Source: Mustelus asterias (Eukaryota). Taken from it: a DNA stretch of 64,000 bases. The translations under genes were made by a program, and so were the position numbers. The stretch covers positions 57,784,001 to 57,848,000 of the forward strand of contig NC_135822.1 in NCBI RefSeq assembly GCF_964213995.1, given 5' to 3'. The notes beneath the pieces are model-generated. The model searched no databases, was not told the origin of the DNA, and saw only the letters and a list, made by a program, of their open reading frames with translations. The number at the start of each line of letters is the position of its first letter. The stretch's first letter is position 1. Below, piece after piece: positions 12,500-26,340 of the stretch.

Positions 12500-12880
12500 A
12501 GAAAGTAGCGGAGGCTTTATGTTGGCTGAGAATCAAAATTTCCTGAATTTGCTCTTCAAAGAGAAATTTGGTGTTGTACAAAGTATCTGCAAGTCTCACC
12601 AGTAGCGTTGAAGACAGACTTAGTCTGTAATCAGTGAAGAAAACTGAGATTCAACTCTGATTTGACACTGAAAAAGTGGTCGGCTGGGAGTTGAATTTAT
12701 CTCTCCACGTATAAAGATGCCAACATGCTCTCGACTGTTTGCAATTAGATTCCGACTTGTAATATTACACCAACATTGTCCCTCTATAATTGCGAAAAAG
12801 TGAATTCCTCACTACCGAGTGATAAGATTTCCAAATTAGGTTACTGCATCGAAGTCAAGGAGGCTAAAACTCAAGTTTGC
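12500..12880. repeat. Unclassified interspersed repeat (second copy ~17330-17680)
   Basis: Colinear similarity between the two copies: ccagtag.gttga.gacagactt...tctgtaatcagtg...ctctgatttgacac...gcaattagatt...aatatt.caccaa...gcatc.aagtcaag. Confidence 0.7.
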
Positions 12881-12904
12881 AAACTTTTTTAAAAAGTTTT
12901 TTTA

Positions 12905-13330
12905 AAAAGTTTATTTATTAGTGTCACAAGTAGGCTTACATTAACACTGCAATGAAGTTACTGTGAAAACCCCCAATCCCCACAACTCCGACATTTGTTC
13001 GGGTACACAGAAGGAGAATTTAGCACCTAACCAACACGTCTTTCGGACTCATAGAAATCATAGAAACCCTACAATGCAGAAGGAGGCCATTCGGCCCATC
13101 GAGTCTGCACCGACCACAATCCCACTCAGGCCATATCCCTACATATTTTACCCACTAACCCCTCTAACCTACGCATCTCAGGACACCAAGGGACAATTTC
13201 AGCATGGCCAATCAACCTAACTCGCACATCTTTGGACTGTGGGAGGAAACCGGAGCACCCAGAGGAAACCCACGCAGACACGAGGAGAATGTGCAAACTG
13301 GCGCAGTGCTAACCACTGTGGCACCGTGCT
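12905..13330 (-). mobile_element. V-SINE with tail A (HE1) and tail B in tandem
   Basis: Head and body 13330-13235, HE1/CR1-type tail ~13235-13050, then tail B 13049-12905. Confidence 0.8.
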
Positions 13331-13953
13331 GCTCTTTAATTGGTTGTTCATGCACTCTAAGCATTTCAAAATAGAATTAGTACAGTCAATAACAAATGAA
13401 ACAACTCAATTTAAAGTGTGAGCAGGTGTAAAAGAAAGTGAGCAAAACTCACTGCTAAAATGCCCTTCCTTCTGAATTCCAGCATTTTTCAGTGGGAGCA
13501 CAAGTAGGATCATCGAAACAGGAGTAGGTCATTTAGCCCCTCGAGCTGTTCCACTGACATTCAATGGTTGATCTGTGACCTAACTCCACAAATCCATCAT
13601 TGCACCATACCCTTGAGTACCTTTGATAAATACAAATCTATTGATCTCAGATTTAAAATTAACAATCGATCGAGCATCAAGGGCCGTTTAAGGTACAGAG
13701 TAGAACAATATCCAAAGTGGTTATGCTGATGACGAACAGGGCTGGATTGTTATGGAGTTGGGAAGTCTCTGCAGCCTGTTAAAAATGGTGGGGAGGACCC
13801 GGTTGCGGAGGACTCGCCCAAATTTCTGAGAGATCCAGTTTTTGCTGGTAGGGAACAGGGGACGGGATGTGATTCACCCAACAACCCGTTTATCAACATT
13901 GGATTGGCCTGCTGGTTGGAAGAGTGGACTTACACAAAATTATGCAGGAACCT

Positions 13954-14254
13954 GGGTGGAAATGTCTGCTACGAGAGGACACAGGTTTAAGGTGCTGGGG
14001 GGTAGGTACAGGGGAAATGTTAGGGGGAAGTTTTTCACACAGAGGGTGGTGGGCGAGTGGAATCGGCTGCCGTCAGTGGTGGTGGAGGCAAACTCAATAG
14101 GGTCTTTTTAGAGATTCCTGGTTGAGTACATGGGACTTAATAGGATGGAGGGTTATAGGTAGGCCTAAAAGGTAGGGATATGTTCGGCACAACTTGTGGG
14201 GCTGAAGGGCCTGTTTTGTGCTGTAGTTTTTTCTATGTTTCTTTCTATGTTTCT
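13954..14254 (+). mobile_element. CR1 3' fragment with 5-bp TSD aacct
   Basis: TRGHRFKVLGGRYRGNVRGKFFTQRVVGEWNRLP; aacct at 13949-13953 and 14255-14259. Confidence 0.88.
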
Positions 14255-14516
14255 AACCTCCCAAAAAGTCTGAGAATGAGAAGTAACCCATGAAAGAGAC
14301 TGAACCCGAGAAGATGAATGTGGTGACAACTAATTAAAGCAAAGAATAATAGAAGGATGGTCTCCAAGTTCCAGGGTCTGAGAAGAAGGCATCTGTGGAA
14401 GCCGAGATCAAAACAGCCCAGGAGAGGCCATAACACCACTGGAGTCTTGCACACAGAATCCCTCCAGGGCAGAAGGAGGCCATTCAAGTCTGCACCAACT
14501 CTACGAAAGAGCATCT

Positions 14517-15757
14517 TTGATTTGATTTATTATTTTCACTTGCATTAGTATACAGTGAAAAATATTGTTTCTTGCTCGCTATACAGACAAAACACACCAA
14601 ACATAGAGAAGGAAAGGAGAGGGTGTAGAATGTAGTGTCACAGTCATAGATAACTAGGGTGCAGCAAAAGATCAACTTAATGCGAGGTAGGTCCATTTAA
14701 AAGTCTGATGGCAGCAGGGTAGAAGCTGTTCTCGAGTCAGTTGGTACTGGTATCTTTTTCCCGATGTAAGAAGGTGGAAGAGTGTATGTCCAGGGTGCGT
14801 GAGGTCCTTAATTATGCTAGCTGCTTTTCCAAGTCAGGGTAGGAGACTGGTTTGAGTGATGGACTGGGCTTCATTCACGACCCTTTATGGTTTCTTGCGG
14901 TCTTGGACAGAGCAGGAGCCATACCAAGCTGTGATACAACCAGAAAGAATGCTTTCTATGGTGCATCTGTAAAAGTTGGCAAGAGTCGTGGCGGACATGC
15001 CAAATTTCCTTAGAAAGTAGATGCGTTGGTGGGCTTTCTTTACTATAGTGTCGGCATGGGGGGACCAGGACAGGTTGTTGGTGATATGGACACCTAGAAT
15101 CCTGAAGCTCTCGACCATTTCTACTTTGTCCCCGTTGATGTAGACAGGGGCATGTCCTCCACTACGCTTCCTGAAGTCGATGACAATCTCCTTCGTTTTG
15201 TTGACATTGAGGGAGAAATTATTGTCATCACACCAGTTCACCAGATTCTCTATCTCTTCCCTGTACTCTGTCTCGTCATTGTTTGAGATCTGACCCACTA
15301 TGGTGGTGTCATCAGCAAACTTGAAAATCGAATTGGAGGGGAATTTGACCACATAGTCAAAGGTCTATAAGGAGTATAGTGAGGGGCCGAGGACACAGCC
15401 TTGTGAGGTACCAGTGTTGAGGATGATTATGGAGGCGGTGTTGTTGCCTATCCTTGCTGATTGTGATCTGTGGGTTAGGAAGTTCAGGATCCAGTCGCAG
15501 AGGGAGGAGCCAAGCCCCAGGCCGAGGAGTTTGGAGATGAGTTTCGTAGGAATAATTGTGTTGAAGGCTGAGCTGCAGTCGATAAATAGGAGTCTGACAT
15601 AGGTGTCTTTGTTATCTAGATACTCCAGGGTTGAGTGCAGGGCCAGGGAGATGGTGTCTGCTCTGGACCTGTTGCAGCGGTAGATGAACTGTAGTGGATC
15701 CAGGCAATCTGGGACGCTGGAATTGATTCGTGTCATGACTAACCTTTCAAAGCACTT
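14517..15757 (-). mobile_element. Rex1/Babar LINE 3' portion, nested in an HE1 tail (14452-14515 and 15758-15828)
   Basis: [86 protein letters not shown]; tail aataaatcaaatcaaa. Confidence 0.92.
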
Positions 15758-16520
15758 CCCTCCACCCTATCCCCATAACCCTGTGTATTTACCATGGCCA
15801 ATCCACCTAACCTATACATATTTGGGCTGAGAAATGCATCTCAGCCTTGTCTACATGATTGTTTTTGATCCCAGGTATTTCTTTCCCAATCTTAGCAGAG
15901 CTATTTGAACTCAGCTGAGATCAAACAGACAGCATTTTGGTAAGTCCAAGAGCCGCAGTGTGGAAGTCATAAATTGATGGATAGATGTAAATGCCCTTGA
16001 ACAGTGTATAGGATCGTTATAACAGCCAATATCTGAAAATTTTTAAATGCCACACTCTCTAAGCTTAAAAAAAGGCCGCAACTATAAAAACCTTCTGCTG
16101 GACTGCTTTGATTTACAGGTTAGAATAAAAAAAGCAGTGACTAGTCATGCAGTTTCAACAGAGCTCTTTATTGATATTTCCCCAAGGACTATCATGATGT
16201 CATTATGAATGCCTGGCTGAGTTGCAAAACCTACAATTAACTCCAGTGGAGGGTTCTGACTTCACAGTTTGTTAACAGCAAGCTGTTAAAGGATTAATTG
16301 TCTTTGATATGGTATATAAATAAAAGTTTGCTTTTCTGAGAGACTGACTGCTTGAGAAGATTTAAAAACATTGAATGGATTTTATGAATGGGCTTTTTCA
16401 CTATCAAGTGTGACTGCAAAATGCTGTTAATGTTGAGACTTTTCTGATTTTATCGACAGAAATGCATACTGAGCTAAGGTCTTGAGAAAAGTATGCAGTT
16501 CCTTTAAGCATCATACTCAT

Positions 16521-16680
16521 GGGCAGGGTTTTCCACTGCTCCCATGACGTGTTTTGCAGCAGTGGAGGTGGCCCGCCATTGGTCAGCGGTGGGATCTTCT
16601 GGTCCCACTGTTGCCAACGGGGTTTCATCGCTGACAGGACCAGAAAATTCCGCTGGCGGAACATTTGGAAAATTCCAGCC
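16521..16680. mobile_element. ~160-bp MITE
   Basis: TIRs gggcagggttttcca / tggaaaattccagcc; related truncated copy at ~17838-17948. Confidence 0.7.
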
Positions 16681-16708
16681 ACCGCATTTGCGACTTTCCC
16701 TTCCCACT

Positions 16709-16985
16709 GGGGCGGCACAGTAGTTAACACTGCTGCCTCACAGCGCCAGGCACCCGGGGCTCAATTCCCGGCTTGGGTCACTGTCCGTGTGGAGTTTGCA
16801 CATTCTCCCCGTGTCTGCGTGGGTTTCCTCCGGGTGCTCTGGTTTCCTCTCACATTCTGAAAGACGTGCTGGTTAGGTGTATTGACCCGAACTGGCACCG
16901 GAGTGTGGCGACTAGAGGAATTTTACAGTAACTTCATTGCAGTGTTAATGTAAGCCTTACTTGTGACATTAATAAATAAACTTAA
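16709..16985 (+). mobile_element. V-SINE, tail B
   Basis: Same head, body and tail as 32-330; short attgacccgaa junction variant. Confidence 0.9.
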
Positions 16986-18020
16986 AAAAAAACTTCTGAT
17001 CATATTTTATTAATGAATTTGATAATTAAATAAAAAATAGAATAACCACCAACTCACTGGAAGCAAAGCCATGAGAGATTTTATATGCACACACACAATA
17101 TAATTATGTACTGCCACAATATTTTATATTGTGCTGCAATGTAGTTGACTCTCAAGTGCCCTCTGAACAAGGGCAACTAGGATGGGTAATAAATGCTGGC
17201 CAGCCAGTGGTGCCTATGTCCCACGAATGAATAAAAAAAAAAAGGTTATCTTGTTCTAAAATGGGGTAGAGAGTTATTTAAAGCTCTTAAGCAGTGGAAA
17301 GAATCTAGCTGTGATGGTCTTCTAATAGCTGGGAATCACAAACTCCAAGCATTTTCTCAACTTGGTCTTCAAAGCAGTGTTGTATAAATGATCTGAAAGC
17401 CTCGCCAGTAGAGTTGATGACAGACTTGATAATCTGTAATCAGTGTAAAACTGGAGGTTCAGCTCTGATTTGACACCAGAGAAATGGTTGGCTGTGAGCA
17501 GAGTTCATCTTGCCAAGTGTAGGAAAATACATTCTTGAAATGTCAACGTGGTCTTGGCTGGTTGCAATTAGATTACAGTTTGCAATATTGCACCAATAGC
17601 AAACCTTTTCGTAAGGGCTAACCCACTACAAAGATTAATATTTTGCCACCCTGTTGCATCAAAGTCAAGTAGCCGTAAACTTCCACGATAATGAACTTAT
17701 TTTTACTCCATAATTAAAACCATAACATACAACAAGGCAAGTTTACCGAGTTCAGTCCAAAAAACAGAAACGTGAAGATTCAGTATTTTATTAGTCAGTT
17801 GAACCCTACTTCTGTAGTATAACAGAAAAGTTCCATTGGGTGGGATTTTCTGCACGTCCCCGCAATGTGTTTCGCAGCAGTGGTGGTGACACACCATTGG
17901 CCACTGGTGGGACAAGAAGATCCCGCTGCTGTTAACAGGGTTTCCCATTCCATGTGTTCATTATTCATAAATTCATTATTGGATTTATTGGTGACTTTCT
18001 TGTATTTATGACAACCCCAC

Positions 18021-18285
18021 TAGAAACATAGAAACTCTACGGTGCAGAAGGAGGCCATTCGGCCCATCGAGTCTACACTGACAACAATCCCACCCAGGCC
18101 TTATTCCCGTAACCCCACATATTTGCTCTGCCAATCCCTCTAACCAACGCAACCCGGGACACTAAGGGGGAATTTAGCATTACAAATGCACCTAACCTGC
18201 ACAGCTTTGGACTGTGGGAGGAAACCGGAGAACCCGGGGGAAACCCACGCAGACATGGGGAGAACGTGCAAACTCCACACAGACG
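18021..18285 (-). mobile_element. HE1 SINE (tail A), 5'-truncated
   Basis: V-domain plus tail gactcgatgggccgaatggcctccttctgcaccgtag...tttctatgtttct. Confidence 0.88.
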
Positions 18286-18829
18286 TGCAAACATTTACTC
18301 TATACACCAAACCCTTGATTATCCTAATGACTTCTATTAAGTTTACCCTTCAACCTTCTCTTTTCTGGGGAAAAAAGACAGATACCACTTGACGAAGGGA
18401 CAGAAAGCAGAGCACAGGGATTTGAATGGCTGCCTTTCAGACTCAGGAAAGGCATTCTCCATATGTTAATGTTCTTTATTTGATTTGGATTAAGGATGTG
18501 GACTTTGGATATGCAGGGCATAGTTTCAAAGTTTGCAGATAATATCAAACCTGGAAATGCAGCAAACAATGAGGAGGGTATTAACAGACTTCAGGAGGAC
18601 ATCTGTAGATTACTAAAATGGCAGCAATGCACCAGATGAAATTTTGTGCAGAGAAGTATCAATTGATACATTTTGGTCGGAAGAATGAGGAGAGGCGATG
18701 TTAATTAAATGGTTAATTTTACCGATTGTGTGGGCAAAGAGAAGCCTGGGGTGTATGTACACAAATCTTTAAAGGTAATTGGATTAGTTGATAAGTTGCC
18801 ACTATATCATTTGCAAACATGTGCTTTAG

Positions 18830-19211
18830 CGTCAGCCATGGCACAGTGGGTAACACTGTCATTTCTTACAAAGTTGTGGGTTCAACGCCCACTCTGGGAC
18901 TTGAGTAAAAACACCAGAGTTGATGCAAAGTGTGCTGTAGTGCTGGCTGTTCTCTCAGGCGGATGTGAAATGCGCTATTTTGAAGAGTTGAGAATTAATC
19001 ATTATGTTCTAGCCAATATTTACTCCTCAATCAACATAACCACGATGGATTATCTAACCATTATCACATTGCTACATGTGGGAACTTCCTGTGCGCAAAC
19101 TTGCTGCTGCATTTCCGACATTATAACAGTAACCATACTTCAAAACTTCATTGACTGTCAAGTGCTTTTGGATGTCTTGTGGTCATGAAAGGCACTATAT
19201 AAATTCAAGTA
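18830..19211 (+). mobile_element. SacSINE1/DeuSINE-like element
   Basis: tRNA-like head (tggcacagtgg, gggttcaacgccc), Deu-like body (ccaatatttactcctcaatcaacat...attatcacattgct...gtggga), L2-type tail aaaggcactatataaat. Other fragments at ~42060-42190, 50400-50600, 52755-52855. Confidence 0.72.
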
Positions 19212-19839
19212 TTTTGTTTTACTACACAACATGCAATTAGGCACATGCAATCAAACTCATCTTAATTGTCCTTTTATTTTCACCCAGTCTAAATACCCTC
19301 TCCAAAGTCTTCAGTAGTGCGGTGCCCAAGATTGGATACAATACTCCAGCTGAGGTCAAATTAATATTTTATAAAGGTACAGCATAACATCCTGGCATTT
19401 GTACTTCATACCTCTATTTATAAAGCCCAAGATCTCACATGCTTTATTATCTGCTTTGTTAACCTGTCTTGCCACTTCCAAATTAATGTGCAGACACTCC
19501 AACAAAGGTATTTTACCTTTAACCGCTTATTCTATGTTCCTTATTCTTTCTCCTAGTCCCAGTAGTTGCTTTTGCGAACTGTAATTTAACCTCAGTGTTG
19601 GTCATTTGCTTAATCCTCCATTGCTTCTGACATGAGGAAAGAACAGGGACTAGAATTGATAGCTCTAGGTGAAGAGCTATCCAGGTACACTGGCCTGATT
19701 GATGTCTTTCTCCTCTGTAACTTGGATATCTACATCTCATTGCCTTCATCTGAAGAAAACTTCCTAAATATTTTCTGTTGAATGAATCCTTGCTTCAGTG
19801 TAATTGATTAATTTTAATTGACACCATTTGGCTATAATT

Positions 19840-20167
19840 AGAATCAAGAATCATCAAATGACTACAGTGCAGAAAGAGGCCATTCGACCCATCAAGTCTG
19901 CACCAACAACAATCCCACCCAGGCCGTATCCCTGTAAGCCCATGTATTTACCTTGCTAATCCCCCAACACTAAAGGGGCAATCTAACATGGCCAATCAAC
20001 CTAACCCACAAATCTTTGGACTGTGGGAAGAAACTGGAGCACCCAGTGGAAACCCACGCAGACACGGGGAGACCATGCAGACTCCACACAGACAGTGACC
20101 CGAGGCCGGAATTGAACGCAGGTCCCTGGCACTGTGAGGCAGCAGTGCCAACCATTGTGCCACCGTT
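19840..20167 (-). mobile_element. HE1 SINE (tail A), near full length
   Basis: A/B boxes, V-domain, CR1-like tail. Confidence 0.9.
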
Positions 20168-20373
20168 TCGCCCTTATTATTAAAGAACAGTTTGACTGAG
20201 GATGAGTAGCAGAGACATTAACTCTGTTTCTCTTTCCATGGATACCTACTGCATATTTCCAGCATTTTATGTTTTCACTACTTTCATTGTCCTTTCTTAA
20301 CCCCAAGAGGTGAAACATTTTGGTTTCGAGCAGGACTAAGTAATTCTACCATAACTGGTGCTTTATTAAGCTC

Positions 20374-20485
20374 GATGTGGAGCTGCCGGCGTTGGACTGG
20401 GGTAAACACAGTAACAGTTTTAACAACACCAGGTTAAAGTCCAACAGGTTTATTTGGTAGCAAATACCATTAGCTTTCGGAGCGC
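20374..20485 (-). mobile_element. Penelope-like 3' terminal fragment with 15-bp TSD
   Basis: Minus strand agcgctccGAAAGCTA...aaataaacctgttggactttaacctggtgttg...ccagtccaacgccggcagctccacatc; TSD tgctttattaa(g/c)ctc at 20359-20373 and 20486-20500. Confidence 0.8.
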
Positions 20486-21401
20486 TGCTTTATTAACCTC
20501 ACAGGAAGAAGTCGCAAGAAGAAATATGCCATTTGATTGAATCTGAATTTCTAAACCTCCAGGTCTTTGGACAGAAAAAGAAAAATAAATTGAGGTCTAC
20601 TACTGTTTAACAATTCCTGCAGAAGTACAATGATCTAAAGTTCAACACATGCATTTCGATTTATATCAAGGTCCAGCATTGTCAACACTGGTAATTTTGT
20701 TAACTATTTATTTATTTTGCCACATTATTTTAACATACACTGCAGCAGTTCAATAAGGCGGCACACCACCACTTTCTCAAGGACAATTAGTGATGGACAA
20801 CCAATACTGCCCTTGCCATCAATGCTCCCATCCCACGATCGACTAAAAAAAAACCCACTGAGGTAATACAGTAAAATAATTACAACAGCTCATGTCACTG
20901 GTTGTCTATCTCCTAACTCAGATTGGTTTTAAGTGTTGCATGAGGGTGACTGAAGAAAGTTAGCCAAAATCACCACATAGGAATCACGAGCTGTATACAT
21001 TCTGCAATTAATCATGGTTATTTGATGTGTAAAAAAAGCACTTGTAAAATACCTTAAACATGAATTATTTTGTCACTTCTAACCAACTGCATACAAGAAA
21101 GGTACATGCTGATTTGATTTAACCCAAAGTACATGCAGGTACCATACCTCGCTAAGAGCTAAAAATTAGTTCAGGTTGTAAATACCCCACCAAGGTAATG
21201 ATGTCCTTCTCTTTAAAATCTTCTTAAAACATAATCACCTGTTACTAGAAATTTACTAGAATTAATTGAAAATTAGATATATGTTTTGCATTTGACCGAC
21301 CCTTTTTTTTTTAAAAAAAGGAACGTTTTAGTAAAGGGGTATTTGCAGCCTGTGATAACACCAAGGTTTCCAATATCATTCAGCTGTATATATCATCATA
21401 C

Positions 21402-21541
21402 CTGTGCTTCCCAGCGGGCGAATTGTGTACTCATTCAAAGTGAAGCCTTTTTCTAGTGCCTGGGTCCTCATGTTCTTGTTAAAAAGATCACTGCCGGTGA
21501 AATAAAGCACGCCACAGAAATACTGATCTTTTGGAATAAGC
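21402..21541 (-). CDS. POLB: DNA polymerase beta exon 13 (140 nt)
   Basis: ttgcag|G CTT ATT CCA ... ACA G|gtatga; encodes (R)[46 protein letters not shown](G), with the PolX YFTGS motif and the N279/R283 equivalents. Confidence 0.98.
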
Positions 21542-23280
21542 CTGCAAGAGGAGTAGCGCACGGTGAGCAATCGTCAATCCAGAGTAACAAACACAACATT
21601 AGATTAGGACAGGGGAGATGTTCGAATCCCAAATCCATTCAAACTGGGTAACATAGTATGGCTGCAGACAACTTGTCTAATTTCTGAAACACTGGCAATT
21701 GGAAACAGCTTTTAAGAATAAAAACAGAAACAACCATTGTTCTTGATTTATATCCAGAATATCGGAACATCTGCGGGAAATCGACACAAATACGGACTGG
21801 GTGCTCCATGAAGGATTAGACCATGGCTGCTCAAGTTTAACTGGATATATCCAACACTAACTCGAAATGAAGTGACTCGGTCCTGATGTGGAATAAGTTC
21901 CACCCCCATGACTTATTGCGTGATGGCGGTTTCAACTGAGCAGCATACGTACTTGGTAAAACTGTACTAATACTGTTAAATATGCACATTACAGACACAA
22001 GAGCTTTACAAAATGACATACAATTGAACACAAATCATGTGATTATTTTATTCATGATCTCCTTAGCAACCGCCACCAGAAACTGCAGCAATTAGCTTTA
22101 ACTTCTTGCAGTCTAAATTTTCATTTGAACAACTTTGGGTTGGTCAAGTAAATAATTGTATTATGGGTCAGATCCAAAGAATGAGTGTAATATTATTTTA
22201 AAATAAAATGGAGGAAATAAGTAACTAGAGGATGTTTTATATTAGTGGCAATAGGATCAAGCACCAAAATCGTCTAAAGCTGAATCAATCAACCAGTCCC
22301 ATTATTCCTTTAACAACTGAATAGGATCCTCAATAAAATAGCAATGCCTCTTAATTATTGACTATGTTTCTAATTATACTGGTCAGACTCTCATGAGCTT
22401 CCTTTAAACAAATCTTAATTTCTTTTCAAAAGGAAATTGAATACAGCTCAAGCTGATTTTAATCGACTTGAAATTGAAAATTGTTAGTTGCACCAAGGTT
22501 GGGGAAAGTGGTCAGCCTCGGAGGGAGATTCGATTCAGATGTGAATTTAAACAATGAAGAATAATGAGTACGGGAGGTCCACTGCACTTAGGCTAAACAA
22601 AGACAAGACAAAAACCACAATGATACACGTTAAGCTGACCTAAACTGATAACCTGCTCTGGGAAATCAAGCATGAGAATGCACAGTTAAATGGAAAACAT
22701 ACCTCACATTAGAATGGTAAAGTTGATGGTATATCTATTATGGCAGTATGACTTGTTGGAAGTGCCTTAACCACAGAAAAGTCCCCACGAATTTAATCAC
22801 TTGAAGTTGCCCCTGTTAGCTCCCAGAAGCAGCCAACAAAACGTCATATTTGAGTAAACATCCCCCATTCTCAGTATCTGTACACTCAAAAGGTCCTGCT
22901 TTATCTTGCCCATTTCTGAAATCCAACTGATTATTCTTATCTCACCCAATCCGTCTGTTAGATTTTTATTTTGTGCAGCTTGATTCACTTTTCTCCAGTG
23001 CTAGGCCAGTTACCTCTCATCTATGTTTTGTCTGTCCATTCTTTTACGTTGGAAAGACTGGTTTTATTTTGGAACTGGAGTCATGCTGCCAGGAGCAGTC
23101 AATGTACCACCGGGCCAGTTCCCTTTCAGGAGAAGCATTGCAAAAGAGGGAGTAGATTTAATTGATTAATGAAAATAACCAAATGAAGATTAAAAATTAA
23201 ATGAGCTACACTGTTTCTTTCCTGAGTCCAAGGTGTACCCAATATTGGGGCCACAATGAGCAGCCTTAATATCGCTTCTT

Positions 23281-23562
23281 GGGCGGCACGGTGGCACAGT
23301 GGTTAGCACTGCTGTCTCACAGCGCCAGGGACCCGGGTTCGATTCCCGGCTTGGGTCCCTGTCTGTGTGGAGTTTGCATGTTCTCCTCATGGCTGTGTGT
23401 ATTTCCTCCGGGTGCTCCGGTTTCCTCCCACAGTCTGAAAGACGTGCTGGTTAGGTGCATTGACCCGGACTGGCGCTGGACTGTGGCGACGAGGGGAATT
23501 TCACAGTAACCTCATTACAGTGTTAATGTAAGCCTTACTTGTGACTAATAAATAAACTTTAA
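23281..23562 (+). mobile_element. V-SINE, tail B, full length
   Basis: gggcggcacggtggcacagtgg...aataaataaacttta. Confidence 0.92.
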
Positions 23563-24099
23563 ATCATATTGACAATTTAGGAGGATATTTGGAGCCTGAA
23601 AAGTCAGAGCTATGTGACCAAATTTCAAGGCCATATTACGCCGCCTTCAAATGCCCATATGCAACAGCCAGGACTTTGAACAAGCACAAACAGTAAAGAG
23701 ATGCCAAATCCATGGAGATCTCTCCTCTATATTTGGTGATCTTCTAACTCCTGAAATTGCAGAATAGTTTAATTTCAGAGCTCAATCAATGGAGAATTGG
23801 ATGAAAATAATTACTGTTAACCTATATGAATTGTTCCCTTCAAAAACAGAAATAACACTGAGACGATTCAAAACTATTAAGTAAAATCTGTAAGCATGAG
23901 ACTCTTGAAAAAATACACACAGCAACAGACCATATACTGTTATCCCAAGCTCAACTTTGTATGATATAATGCCCTAATGCAGCAAATTTGACAAAACGTA
24001 GGAGAGATTCACCAAGAGGTATTATAAAATGGTGGCTGATATTACAAGGGAAGATTTACTGAATTGATGGAATTGAGTAATAGCAAAAAAGAACCAGGA

Positions 24100-24735
24100 A
24101 GAAGGTGTTTGGAACAATTGCCTTCATCGGTCAGAGCATTGACTACAGGAGTTGGGATGTTATGTTACAACTCTACAAGACATTGGTAATGTCACATTTG
24201 GAATACTGTGTACAATTCTGGTTGCCCTGCTATAGGAAGGATGTTATTAAAGGGTGCAAAGAAGATTTACAAGGATGTCACTGGGACTGGAAGGTTTGAA
24301 TTATAAGGAGAGGTTGGATAGGCTGCGACTTTTTTCCCTGGAGTGTAGGAGGATGAGGGGTGACCTTCTAGAGATTTATAAAATCATGAGGGGCGTAGAT
24401 AAGGTGAATAGCCAAGGTATTTTCCCAGGCTAGGGGAGTCCAAAACTAGAGCGCATAGGTTTAAGCTGACCAGGGAAAGATTTAAAAGGAACCTGAGGGG
24501 CAACTTTTTCACACAGAGGGTGGTGCGTGTATGGAATAAGTTGCCAGAGGGGGTGGTAGAGGGGGTACAATTACAACATTTAAGAGACAATTGGACAGGT
24601 ACATGGATGGGAAAGGTTTAGAGGGATTTGGACCAAACACGAGCAAATGGGATTAGTTCAGTTTAGGAAAACTGGTTGGCACGGACAAGTTGGGCTGAAG
24701 GGCCTGTTTCCATGTCACATATCACTATAACTCTA
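24100..24735 (+). mobile_element. CR1 3' fragment
   Basis: IAFIGQSIDYRSWDVMLQLYKTLV..HLEYCVQFW; NFFTQRVVRVWNKLP; 3' UTR. Confidence 0.9.
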
Positions 24736-26340
24736 TCTATAATTCTGTTTTAAGCAAAGCACTGATTAAGCAAATAATTATGTTCATGTTTCTTGACAGT
24801 TAAAGAGAGAAAAGGCAGGCAAAAACTTAAACAGAATGCTTCCAAATGAGTTCCTCTGAGTGAGAGAAGGGAAAAGAGAACGTTCAGGAACTTTTTTTTG
24901 TTAGAAATGTAGCTAATGAGCCAAGATATAGGAAAAGGTATCACCAATATTCAATAAAGTTCAAAAGGCCAAGCCAAAACAAAGATTACTGATTAGGTAA
25001 TGCTAAGTTTTGGGATTTAAAGCTTGACGAAGAAATTCAGGATGACAAAGACAATGGGGAAAAACTGCAATGACAAAGGATCGCAATAGAGCTGGATGGA
25101 GGAAGAAGGAACAGAACGTAAATCAGCATATTTGGAAAGTTGGTAGAGTCATGACCAAAGTATCAATAAAATAGAAATAGATGGAGGCAGCAAGACTGGT
25201 GGTGAGGGAGGGATCAACAAACAGACAGCAGCTTTTCCTTGTGTACTATTCAATGGCTACTTGAAGAGTCTCCAAAAACGTAAACTTCATTGAGGGCCTT
25301 AGATTTCTCATGGTGGAGATGCCACACATCTTTTCTCAGGCATTGTTGGCACTGTGGATCTTTATTGCTCATCTCTAGTTGTCCTCAAGAAGCCACCTTC
25401 TTGATTCACTGCAAAATGTGTGGATTACATCCCACAATGTTTTTCACTTGGACTTTTGGGACTCCCACTCAAACTCTGAAGGAGGCAACTTTGGTGGCAA
25501 TTGATAACCCTTCAGTCCTAGATATCCCACTGTTCTGTGGCACTCTACAGCTTATATTCTCGTAAATTCCCTAGTCAGAGTAACTTATCTTGAATTTATG
25601 AAATAATAATCTAATAAACACAAAATCCCTTGTGCTGTGGCCAGTGGCCTATGTGGCACCCCCTCCAACACACCTGGCAGAAACTGAAATGTAGCTGGAA
25701 TATCAGGCTACTTTTAAAAAATGTTACTTTTCCTCTTAGAGGCCACACACACAAAGCATCTCCAATTAGGAGGTCCAGGCCACAAATACAAGACCACCAT
25801 CAATCTGTTATTTGAATGGCTACTTGAAGACATAAAGTAAACAGAATCAGATGCCCAGTTAGGAACAATTGAGCAATATGTTCCAGCTATAGTTTCCATG
25901 TATTAATTACAAGTCAACCCTGACCAAGATGAATTGGCAATTATTAATTGCATGGAGGAAAAGCCGTAGTCAATTATTCTAGCATTAAATGAAGGACCTT
26001 CAGCATTTTGCTTTGCCCCAAACCTTAGCTTTATATAAATTCAGCTGGTTCACTTCCTTTTCAGCATCCTCTCTGTATTCCCCCACCGTTCTTTTTCTCC
26101 TGAAGGCAGGATTAATGCTGGATTATGATTCAATAGATGCCAGCAACCATCTTGCACCACAACCAAATAACCATTGTTCACATAATCTTGATAATTTGTA
26201 TTGGCAGGACGTTTAGCCAGGTGGGAGGATATCAAGACTGAGACAGATCCTGTCTTTCTCCTTTCTTCCATATTCTGCAGCAGGAATAGGCAGTTTTCTA
26301 TTCTAACTCAGGAATACTGAGACCGATTTTCTTTTTAACG

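Noticed and set aside
21301-21321. T-run/A-run palindrome near the exon 13 donor (similar at 12881-12912)
   Set aside because: Low-complexity homopolymers, common in this window.
23281-23352. tRNA-like A/B boxes as true tRNA genes
   Set aside because: All continue into SINE bodies and tails; I saw no standalone tRNA.
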